From an uncultured Clostridia bacterium (GTDB lineage Bacteria > Bacillota > Clostridia > Christensenellales > DTU072), in NCBI GenBank assembly GCA_944331875.1, contig CALVJA010000006.1:1822-65821 (forward strand): a DNA stretch of 64,000 nucleotides, in the 5' to 3' direction. The notes under the pieces are model-generated. The model ran no database searches, was not told the DNA's origin, and was given only the letters and a program-made list of their open reading frames with translations. The first letter of the stretch is position 1. Each line of letters opens with the position of its first letter. Position numbers and translations under genes: made by a program. Below are positions 37,487 through 45,244 of this stretch, one piece after another.

Positions 37487-38440
37487 TTATCTTTCCTCTC
37501 GGAAATAGGAGAGGCCCAGTGCCGCCGGCGGCTGGGATTCGCGGCGGTTGACGATACTCGTTATCACCAACACTATTATCGTTACCGCATATGGGACCAT
37601 CTTCACCAATTCCTGTATGGAGAAATTAACGCCCGCATAAGTCGGCAGAATATACAGCGCGCCGAACAATATCGAACCGAGTATTCCCCAATTCGGCTTC
37701 CACACGGAGAATATGACGAGTGCAACCGCAAGCCATCCCATGGCGTCTATGGAATATTCCCATGAGCCGTACAGATAGTCCATTATATAGAACAGACCGC
37801 CGAGCCCGGATACGGCTCCGCCAAGCACGCACGAAACATATTTGTATCCGGTAACGTTTATACCCGCGGCGTCCGCGGTGGCAGGGTTTTCCCCTATCGC
37901 GGTAAGGTTCAGTCCCGTGCGCGTTTTCTTCATCACAAAGGCCACTATAAGAGCCAAAACTATTGCGGAATACACCAAAACGCCGTGGGAGAGGAATATC
38001 GACGAAAACCAATCGGAAGCCGGGCTGATCGGAGCGGTATATTTTGCCGCAAGGTAGTTGAACCCCGTTCTGTCGACATAAGTAATGAAAAAGTTTGTCG
38101 CGCCGGCGCCGAAAGTTGTTATCGCGAGACCCGTTACGTTTTGATTGCACCTAAGCGTTATCGTCAAAAACCCGTACAGAAGCCCTCCGAGCCCTGCAAA
38201 TATCATTGCGAATATCACGCCCGTCATCACCGCGGAAAAGCCGTTGATGAGCGCGGGATCGCTCCCGATGGAATTCAGATAGATCCTGCTGCCTACGCAC
38301 CCGCCGAGTGCCCCCAGACACATGATACCCGGCGTTCCGAGATTAAGGTGTCCCGATTTTTCTGTGATCGTTTCGCCCGTCGAGCCGAACAGGAATATGG
38401 TCGAAAATCTGATGGCGTTCCTCAGGAAGGTTAGAAACAT
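37487..38440 (-). CDS. ABC transporter permease (BMP/simple-sugar-nucleoside type)
   Basis: 317-aa polytopic membrane ORF, contiguous with the upstream permease. Confidence 0.85.
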   Translation of the reverse strand: MFLTFLRNAIRFSTIFLFGSTGETITEKSGHLNLGTPGIMCLGALGGCVGSRIYLNSIGSDPALINGFSAVMTGVIFAMIFAGLGGLLYGFLTITLRCNQNVTGLAITTFGAGATNFFITYVDRTGFNYLAAKYTAPISPASDWFSSIFLSHGVLVYSAIVLALIVAFVMKKTRTGLNLTAIGENPATADAAGINVTGYKYVSCVLGGAVSGLGGLFYIMDYLYGSWEYSIDAMGWLAVALVIFSVWKPNWGILGSILFGALYILPTYAGVNFSIQELVKMVPYAVTIIVLVITSIVNRRESQPPAALGLSYFREER

Positions 38441-39562
38441 TTATTTGCCCTCCTTTTTTCTGAATTTGACCTTATAGTTGATAAAGAATTCGCAAGCTAT
38501 TATCAACAGGAAGAACAACCCCACAACAATGTCCTCGAAAGCGGCGGTGTCGCCCAAACGCATGGAGTTTGCCGCCTGCGACGAACCCCTTTCCAGGAAT
38601 ACGACCAAGAGGGTCACAAAGACCATTGCAACGGGACTGAACTTGGACAGCCATGAAACAAGTATCGCGGTAAATCCCCTGCCGCCGACGAGCGTTCCGT
38701 TGACCGTGGGCGTGGGGGAGCCGCCGACAAGCAAAAATCCCGCGAAACCGCACATCACTCCCGAAAAGATCATCGTGCGGATGATGACTTTTTTGACGTT
38801 TATGCCTATATATTTCGCTGTATTGACCGATTCGCCCACGACCTCGAGCTCGTAGCCGTGTTTGGAAAATTTGAGATATATGAAGACTATAACGGTAAGT
38901 ACAGTGACGAATACGACGTTTTGAATATATTCGAGTCCGAAAAGCCCGTCGAAACTGCCGTAGTTCAATACTCCGAGTGTACCGGATCCGTCCTTTGCCC
39001 AAGCGTTGACCGAAAACAGCACAAGCTGGGTCGCCACATAGTTCATCATCAACGTGAACAGCGTTTCGTTAGTGCCCCATTGCGCTTTGAATATCGCGGG
39101 AATGGCGCCCCAAACAGCGCCCGCCAGGATACTTGCTGCAAGCATTACGAGTATCAACACCGCATTCGGTACCTTGCCGCCGAGATACATTATAACTGTG
39201 ACGGAAGCAAGGGCGGCTATAAGGGTCTGCCCCTCGGCGCCGATGTTCCAGAAGCGCATCTTGAATGCCGGAGTCACCGCGAGGGAGATACACATCAATA
39301 TCGCCCAGCTTTGGAACAATACCTGTATCCTCCACGTCGATCCGAAAGCCCCGCGGAAAAGCTGTTCGTAGAAGCCGATAAAATTCGACCCGTCCGTTAA
39401 CACCGCGCAGACGATGCCGGATAGCAGCAATGCCGCCGCGACCGTGACTATGCGGATGAGCCATTTTTTCCATGTCGCGATATCCGTCCTTTTTACAAGG
39501 TGGAAAAGCGGCTCCTTATGATGTTTTACATTCCCGCCTGCGGCTGCAGTTTTCAAACTCAT
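38441..39562 (-). CDS. ABC transporter permease (BMP/simple-sugar-nucleoside type)
   Basis: 373-aa polytopic membrane ORF that overlaps the ATPase gene. Confidence 0.85.
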   Translation of the reverse strand: MSLKTAAAGGNVKHHKEPLFHLVKRTDIATWKKWLIRIVTVAAALLLSGIVCAVLTDGSNFIGFYEQLFRGAFGSTWRIQVLFQSWAILMCISLAVTPAFKMRFWNIGAEGQTLIAALASVTVIMYLGGKVPNAVLILVMLAASILAGAVWGAIPAIFKAQWGTNETLFTLMMNYVATQLVLFSVNAWAKDGSGTLGVLNYGSFDGLFGLEYIQNVVFVTVLTVIVFIYLKFSKHGYELEVVGESVNTAKYIGINVKKVIIRTMIFSGVMCGFAGFLLVGGSPTPTVNGTLVGGRGFTAILVSWLSKFSPVAMVFVTLLVVFLERGSSQAANSMRLGDTAAFEDIVVGLFFLLIIACEFFINYKVKFRKKEGK

Positions 39563-41265
39563 AGAGCCTCCTCCGTGGCGCCGTTTTCGCCGCCGTGTAA
39601 TTTCGTCATCATCAAACCTATTTCCTCTTTCTTAGCGCCTCTGCCGTCCACTATTCCGCTCACTTTGCCTGCGCAAAGCACCAAAATGCGGTCGCAAAGT
39701 TCTATAAGCACATCCAGATCCTCGCCCACATATATGACCGCGACGCCCTTTTCCTTCTGTTCGTTCAAAAGGCGGTAGATCATGTAGGAGGAGTTTATAT
39801 CCAAGCCCCTCACGGGATACGCCGCCATCAAGACCGTCGGCGCCGCCGCTATCTCGCGCCCGACCAATACCTTTTGTACGTTTCCGCCGGAAAGCCTTCT
39901 GACCGGGGTCCTGACGCCGGGGGTATTGACGTGGAGCCTTCCCACGATGTCCTCGGCGAGGTGCTTGGGATTTTTCCTGTCCACAAACAGCGAATGCCCC
40001 TTTTGGTAGGATCTAAGCATCATGTTGTCGACAAGGTCCATGTTCCCCACAAGCCCCATTCCCAGTCTGTCCTCGGGCACGAACGAAAGCCTGACGCCGA
40101 GGTCGCGTATCTCGACGGGCGTTTTTTGCATAAGGTCGACGGCGGCGTCCTCTTTTGCGGGATCGAAGTAGATTATATCGCCGCCCGCCGTCTTTTGAAG
40201 CCCCGCGATGGATTCGAGAAGTTCGCGTTGTCCCGATCCGGCGATACCCGCGATACCCAAAATCTCGCCGGAGCGCGCCGTAAACGACACGCCGTCCAGC
40301 GCCTTTATACCGTCGCGGTTGACGACCGTAAGGTCGGTCACGGTCAATCTGTCCTTGGGATCCACGGGTTCGGCGCGGTCGATGTTGAGGTCCACTTTTT
40401 CGCCGACCATCATCTCTGTCAGCGCCTTTTCGTTCGTTTCGGCGGTATTTACCGTGGCGATGTGCTCGCCCTTTCTTAGGACCGCGACCCTGTCGGATAT
40501 CGCCATGACTTCGTTTAATTTATGCGTTATGATGATAATGGATTTGCCGTCGTCGCGCATGCGGCGAAGGATAGCGAAAAGCTTGTCTATCTCCTGCGGA
40601 GTAAGTACCGCCGTAGGCTCGTCGAGTATCAATATCTCCGCGCCGCGGTACAACACTTTTATTATCTCGACAGTCTGTTTTTCGGAAACGGACATGTCGT
40701 AAATTTTCTTTTTAAGGTCTATTTCGAATCCGTATTTCGCGGCTATCGTCTCTATCCTGGCGGAGCGCGATTTGGAAAGATAATCGAATTTAATTTTTTT
40801 GCCGAGTTTTATGAAGGGAAGCGCCGTAAGTTTCAGCCCGAGCTTCAGCCCCCACAAAAATTTTTCGTTTCCTTTTACGGGTTTTATGCCGTTCGCTTCG
40901 GCGATGATTTTTTCGCCCTCTTCCTTTACGGAATACGGGGGCATATGCTCGCCCAAAATAATGTTGTCCGTCGCGGTAAACACGTCGACCAGCTTGAAGT
41001 GCTGGTGTATCATGCCTATCTTCAGCGCGAAAGCGTCCTTAGGCGAACGTATGACGACTTCCTTCCCGTCCGCAAGGATATGCCCCTCGTCCGGGAAATA
41101 TATGCCGCTAATCATGTTCATCAGCGTAGTCTTGCCGCTGCCGTTTTCCCCGAGGAGCGATAGTATCTCGCCGCGATACAGCTCGAGGTTCACGTCTTTA
41201 TTAGCCACGACTTCGCCGAACGTTTTTGTGATGTGCCTTAATTCCAGCGCAATTGTTTTGTCCAA
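39559..41265 (-). CDS. ABC transporter ATP-binding protein, duplicated ATPase domains
   Basis: 568 aa with Walker A GENGSGKTT, a second ABC half carrying signature LSGGNVQK, and a ~60-aa insert in the first half. Confidence 0.9.
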   Translation of the reverse strand: MDKTIALELRHITKTFGEVVANKDVNLELYRGEILSLLGENGSGKTTLMNMISGIYFPDEGHILADGKEVVIRSPKDAFALKIGMIHQHFKLVDVFTATDNIILGEHMPPYSVKEEGEKIIAEANGIKPVKGNEKFLWGLKLGLKLTALPFIKLGKKIKFDYLSKSRSARIETIAAKYGFEIDLKKKIYDMSVSEKQTVEIIKVLYRGAEILILDEPTAVLTPQEIDKLFAILRRMRDDGKSIIIITHKLNEVMAISDRVAVLRKGEHIATVNTAETNEKALTEMMVGEKVDLNIDRAEPVDPKDRLTVTDLTVVNRDGIKALDGVSFTARSGEILGIAGIAGSGQRELLESIAGLQKTAGGDIIYFDPAKEDAAVDLMQKTPVEIRDLGVRLSFVPEDRLGMGLVGNMDLVDNMMLRSYQKGHSLFVDRKNPKHLAEDIVGRLHVNTPGVRTPVRRLSGGNVQKVLVGREIAAAPTVLMAAYPVRGLDINSSYMIYRLLNEQKEKGVAVIYVGEDLDVLIELCDRILVLCAGKVSGIVDGRGAKKEEIGLMMTKLHGGENGATEEAL

Positions 41266-41355
41266 GGTCTCCTCCCCGCGGCAGCGCGCCTAGGTCGTAA
41301 AATAGTTACAAGACGGGGCGTGCCCGCCCCGTCTTGTATATCGATGTTGTTAGGA

Positions 41356-42597
41356 TTAGAATTTCTGGTTCAACAGGGTGATGCCGTCGATCCTGACATC
41401 GAAGTAAGGAGCCGAACGATATGCGCTCTCTTCGAATACGCCGTTTGCGACGACCTGGGTGTCGGCAGCGAAAGCTTCGTCATAGTTGACATCCGCCATA
41501 TAAGCCGTCAATACGCCATTATCAACGGTCGCGTTTACATTCAAGGTATCGGTCTTGGTGACCGTGAAATTCGCGGTGTTGAACACTTCCAACGTACCTG
41601 CGATGAGCTTCTCTCTGGCGGCGTTGATGGCGTCCTGTGTGCCCGCGGCTGCGGCGGCGCCCACATCGGTCAGAACTACAGCGCCGTTCTCGAGCGTTCC
41701 GGTCCAGTCGGCGGCGATGGCTTCACCGTTTTGTACCTGGGTGATCATATAGTTGAAGTACGGCACCCAGTTGATCCTCGAAGATACGATGAAGGTGTCG
41801 GGGCAGGACGCCTCGGTGCTTCCGTTATAGGAAACATTCGGGATATCCTCCTGCTCGCAAGCGGAAGGAGCGCCCATGGAATCGGCGTGCTGGCTTATGA
41901 GATTCGCGCCGCGGCTGATCAGAAGGCTCGCGCCCTCTCTTTCAGCGGTCTCGTCGTACCAGGAGCCGGTGAAGGTCACTTCCATCGTGACATTGGGAAC
42001 GATCGATTTGACGCCGAGATAGAAGGAGGTATATCCGGAGATAACTTCGGCATAGGTGTATGCGCCAACATAGCCGATCTTCGCCTCTTCATCGGTAAGC
42101 GCGTCGTTTTCATCCCCGTACATATCAACGAGTTTCATACCCGCGGCTATACCGGCAAGGTATCTGCCCTCATAAATGGAAGCGAATGCATTGTGGTAAT
42201 TAGCAACGCCCTCGGTGTGCGCCCTGGTACCGGTAGCGTGGCAGAACTGCACGTCGGGGAATTCACGCGCCGCCTGGAGCATATATTGCTCGTGACCGAA
42301 AGAGTCAGCGAAGATTATATCGCAGCCCTCGTCGACGAGGTCGCGCGCGGCGTTATAGCATTCTTCGGATTCGGGAACGTTGGTCCTGAAAAGTACCTGA
42401 GAATCGCTGAGTCCGAGAGCCGAGGTCGCCTCCCTCGCGGCGTCTATGAAGTTCTTGTCATAGGTGCTGCTTTCGTCGTGCAGGAAGATGAAGCCGACTT
42501 TGAACTCATCTTCGGGATCGCACGCGACGAGAGCAACTCCGACAGCCGCCAAAAGCGCCACGATCAGCACAAGTGCCAAAACCTTTTTAAGTTTCAT
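41356..42597 (-). CDS. BMP-family ABC transporter substrate-binding lipoprotein
   Basis: 413 aa with signal peptide + lipobox (LVAC) and a Med/PnrA-like body. Confidence 0.85.
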   Translation of the reverse strand: MKLKKVLALVLIVALLAAVGVALVACDPEDEFKVGFIFLHDESSTYDKNFIDAAREATSALGLSDSQVLFRTNVPESEECYNAARDLVDEGCDIIFADSFGHEQYMLQAAREFPDVQFCHATGTRAHTEGVANYHNAFASIYEGRYLAGIAAGMKLVDMYGDENDALTDEEAKIGYVGAYTYAEVISGYTSFYLGVKSIVPNVTMEVTFTGSWYDETAEREGASLLISRGANLISQHADSMGAPSACEQEDIPNVSYNGSTEASCPDTFIVSSRINWVPYFNYMITQVQNGEAIAADWTGTLENGAVVLTDVGAAAAAGTQDAINAAREKLIAGTLEVFNTANFTVTKTDTLNVNATVDNGVLTAYMADVNYDEAFAADTQVVANGVFEESAYRSAPYFDVRIDGITLLNQKF

Positions 42598-42822
42598 TTG
42601 GATTTACCTCCGTAAGTATTTTTGTTCGGCAAAGCCGTTTTTTCAAAAACGAAAAACGCCATACTCCGTTTGGGCGTATGACGTCGTTATGCGCGGTATC
42701 CCGCTCTCGAGGGCGCGGCACACTGATATGCCGTACGACCCTGAGACAAAGTAAAGCACAATATGAAATTAAATTGCTTCCCTGCTCTCACGGGCGTATC
42801 CTCCTCGAGTCGTATTATCGAT
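42598..42822 (-). promoter_or_regulatory. Long structured 5' leader of the BMP ABC operon (candidate riboswitch/attenuator)
   Basis: About 225 nt lie between the predicted -10 and the RBS. A closing helix CCTCGAG/CTCGAGG (42803-42809 / 42706-42712) encloses two hairpins. It is followed by ATACGCCC aaac GGAGTAT, then GGCGT and two T-runs (42640-42680). The ACGCC segment occurs twice, allowing alternative pairing with GGCGT. Confidence 0.4.
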
Positions 42823-42828
42823 ATACCT

Positions 42829-42857
42829 ATTTTAATGAAAGCGGAAAGTATTGTCAA
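42829..42857 (-). promoter_or_regulatory. Near-consensus sigma-A promoter for the BMP ABC operon
   Basis: The minus strand reads TTGACA (42857-42852), 17-nt spacer, TAAAAT (42834-42829). Confidence 0.6.
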
Positions 42858-42875
42858 ACATTTTGGGGGAGTAAA

Positions 42876-42943
42876 TTTTTTGTTCGCTATATGATAAGAA
42901 AAATATTTACTTTACATTTACGCATGGACTTTATTCTTTGTTC
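42876..42943 (+). repeat. Isolated partial copy of the 115-bp tandem-repeat unit
   Basis: 42882-42943 is identical over 62 bp to 43203-43264. Confidence 0.8.
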
Positions 42944-43025
42944 ACGCTGAAGCTCACGCCCATATTTATATAGATATGTATAAAATTTTCGCGAACAAAA
43001 AATTCGGCGCTCGGAGCGATATTCA

Positions 43026-43152
43026 GGCTCTTTTCCATGAAATCTGTGACCCTCGTTTGGAGACCAAACGAGGGCGGCTCGGTCGAGTATGCTATACACT
43101 TCCCTCACCGTTTCACGGAAAATAGCCCTGAATCTCATCCCCGATCGCCGCC
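43026..43152 (-). repeat. S element fragment S-f
   Basis: GGCTCTTTTCCATGAAATC...CCCTCGTTTGG aga CCAAACGAGGG...GGCTCGGTCGAGTATGCTATACAC...TTTCACGG. The terminal GCGGTGG block is missing. Confidence 0.6.
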
Positions 43153-43362
43153 ATACACCCCTTCCGCGCCTTTTTCCTTGTAAATTCTTCTCGTTTTATT
43201 TTGTTCGCTATATGATAAGAAAAATATTTACTTTACATTTACGCATGGACTTTATTCTTTGTTCGCCATACACCCCTTCCGCGCCATCTGCCTTGTAAAT
43301 TCTTCTCGTTTTATTTTGTTCGCCAAATAATGGAAAATTTATTTACTATACATTTACGCAAC
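43149..43362 (+). repeat. Tandem direct repeat, about 1.9 units of 115 bp
   Basis: The unit is CGCCATACACCCCTTCCGCGCC..CTTGTAAATTCTTCTCGTTTTATTTTGTTCGC + TATATGATAAGAAAAATATTTACTTTACATTTACGCATGGACTTTATTCTTTGTT. The second unit starts at 43264 and its second half is diverged. Confidence 0.8.
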
Positions 43363-43436
43363 AACCTTAAGTTGGTTCAAGCTCTATGCTACGCGCATTC
43401 TTTTTTTACATGGTAAATTAAATTCGGCGAACAAAA

Positions 43437-43696
43437 AATTCGGCGCTCGGAGCGTTGCTCCGCCGAATGGCGGCGCAGTGATATAATTCCGCAAGCGGAA
43501 TAGTGAAATAACGCGCCCGAATGGTAGGAAGTAAAGCCGTAACGGGCGCGTTGTGAAATAAATCGACACTATAAATTTATGAAGTTAAATCAACTTTCCA
43601 AAGTGTCGATTTGTGAAATAAAATCCGCTAGAAGTTTTACAGAATGCTCAAATAAAAAAATACAGCATATCCACTCATGCTATCGTCCGCGGATTT
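43437..43696 (+). repeat. Hairpin string with GTGAAATA linkers, copy B (candidate structured RNA)
   Basis: An extra 5' hairpin is ATTCGGCG...CGCCGAAT. Then follow GTGATATA-ATTCCGC aa GCGGAAT, aGTGAAATA-ACGCGCCC..GGGCGCGT, tGTGAAATA-AATCGACAC..GTGTCGATT, and tGTGAAATA-AAATCCGC..GCGGATTT. Confidence 0.55.
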
Positions 43697-43716
43697 TGTT
43701 CAGGGTCGCTACGCTC

Positions 43717-43892
43717 CGACTTTTTGTGTCGGCTCAGCTAAAATTTTACTATGCTACGGCGCGTCTCACGAATACATACATTGAAAAGCGGTTTGCTAAG
43801 ACCCTCCGGGTATTAGCGGCACCGCCTTTCTTCGTCTGTATCCGAGATCCATCACCGTATCACAGCAAAATTTTAGCTTCACCGACACTGTG
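43717..43892 (+). repeat. P element copy P-B
   Basis: The long-range stem is GTGTCGG..AGCTAAAATTTT (43725-43746) with AAAATTTTAGCT..CCGACAC (43866-43887). The interior carries CCC tcc GGG (43801-43809), TATTA, and GCGG ca CCGC (43815-43824). Confidence 0.6.
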
Positions 43893-43932
43893 CTTCCTAA
43901 TAATCTAATGCTGAAATGCATGAGCTGCCGCA

Positions 43933-43972
43933 ATCATTTAAGTGCCACAAGCCAAAAGCTTCCGACGGCGCC
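43933..43972 (+). repeat. 40-nt block identical to 62474-62513
   Basis: TCATTTAAGTGCCACAAGCCAAAAGCTTCCGACGGCGCCG is present in islands B and D, on opposite sides of the P block. Confidence 0.85.
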
Positions 43973-43987
43973 GTGGGTGGGCGGGGC

Positions 43988-44254
43988 TTCAATCTAAAGA
44001 CCGATTTACTATAACATTGAACAGCTGTTTGCTTATACTAGTGTTTTCCCCTAAAGGCGAATACAGTCCACTATGTATTTTGTCGCCATGAATAGCATAC
44101 TTAGCGCCGATTTGCCGTGGATTTCGGAGCTATTTTTTTCGAAACAAGGACAGCGCGTATAGCATACGCGCCGACGCTGCCCCCGTTTGGTCTCCAAAGC
44201 GGGGGTCGAAGATTTCGGAAAAAAGAGCCCGAAAGACGCGGTAAAGCGGTGGCA
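43988..44254 (+). repeat. S element copy S-g (long form with 5' extension)
   Basis: It is nearly identical to 49165-49432. P1 is TTTTTTTCGAAA / TTTCGGAAAAAA, P3 is CAGCGCGTAT agc ATACGCGCcgaCGCTG, and P2 is CCCCCGTTTGG tct CCAAAGCGGGGG. The element abuts T4. Confidence 0.7.
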
Positions 44255-44388
44255 AATTGATTTCTTTGCCGAATCAGATCCCACCTTATGAAAAAAGCGC
44301 ATTCGGTCGAATGCACTCTTTTTTACTACTTGGCTTTTTAGTTCCTTTCAAAGCATTAAATTATCATCTTTTCGGCAAAGAAATCAAT
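44255..44388 (-). mobile_element. T element copy T4
   Basis: TIRs are at 44255-44273 and 44370-44388. The minus-strand terminator is at 44290-44316. The TGA stop of the PfkB gene (44384-44386) lies inside the TIR. Confidence 0.6.
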
Positions 44389-45244
44389 AACATCCCGGGG
44401 TGCGTATAATATGGGTGCCTGCGCGGAGCGCCTGCTGTAGGCATTGTTCGGGGTCGAGCCCTTTCGCAACACCCGCAGCATAGCCCCCGAGGAACGCGTC
44501 GCCCGCGCCTGTTGCGTCGATACAGGTTGCTTTTTCGGCGGATACGGTTACCGAAACGCCGTTTTTAAGATACATCGCACCTCTTTCCGCCAGCGTTATG
44601 ACGGGATACGGCACTATGTCCGAAAGCCGTTTCAAAGCCTCTTCCGCGCTCTCGGCTAAAGTCAGAAGTTTTGCCTCGCGCTCGTTCGGGAAATAATAAT
44701 CCAAAACTGCAAGGGTATCACGATACTCACGGATATTCATATTCTCGTCGTAGCCGAAATCGCCGACTATGACGCTCCCCTCTTTTTTGAGCTTGCGGTA
44801 GACGTCGAGATATTTTCCGCGTTCCGCTATAACGACCGCGGAGCCGCTGAGAGCGGCATACACCTCCTTGGAGTCGGCGGTACACGGTTCGGAGCGCGTG
44901 ACGAACGTCCGCTCGTTCCCAACCGGCATGACCGCGGTGACGTTTATCCCCGAGCCTTCGCCCGTCATCAAATTTATAAAAGGTATCTCCTTCGCCGCAA
45001 GTTCTTTCAGAATGAAATCCGAAAAAAAGCTCTCCCCCAGATATCCCGCGAATTTTATATCGGCGCCGAAACGCTTCGCGGCATATAGAGAGGACGGCAC
45101 GCCGCCGCCGAGCCTGACCGAAAAATCGCCGGCGAACAGTTCCTCGCCCGCTTCGGGAAGCCTTTTGAGCCCCGAAAACACGAGGTCTACGTTTATCATG
45201 CCTACACCGGCTACCGTGTTTTTAATTATCTTCGTATTCGACAT
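44384..45244 (-). CDS. PfkB-family carbohydrate kinase
   Basis: 286 aa of the ribokinase-like fold with C-terminal DATGAGDAFLGG. Confidence 0.8.
   Translation of the reverse strand: MSNTKIIKNTVAGVGMINVDLVFSGLKRLPEAGEELFAGDFSVRLGGGVPSSLYAAKRFGADIKFAGYLGESFFSDFILKELAAKEIPFINLMTGEGSGINVTAVMPVGNERTFVTRSEPCTADSKEVYAALSGSAVVIAERGKYLDVYRKLKKEGSVIVGDFGYDENMNIREYRDTLAVLDYYFPNEREAKLLTLAESAEEALKRLSDIVPYPVITLAERGAMYLKNGVSVTVSAEKATCIDATGAGDAFLGGYAAGVAKGLDPEQCLQQALRAGTHIIRTPGCY

Noticed and set aside
43478-43696. Type III toxin-antitoxin-like RNA repeat array (ToxI-like), because of the reiterated AAAU-containing linker.
   Set aside because: The units are not identical tandem repeats of fixed length, and no ToxN/AbiQ-like ORF follows.
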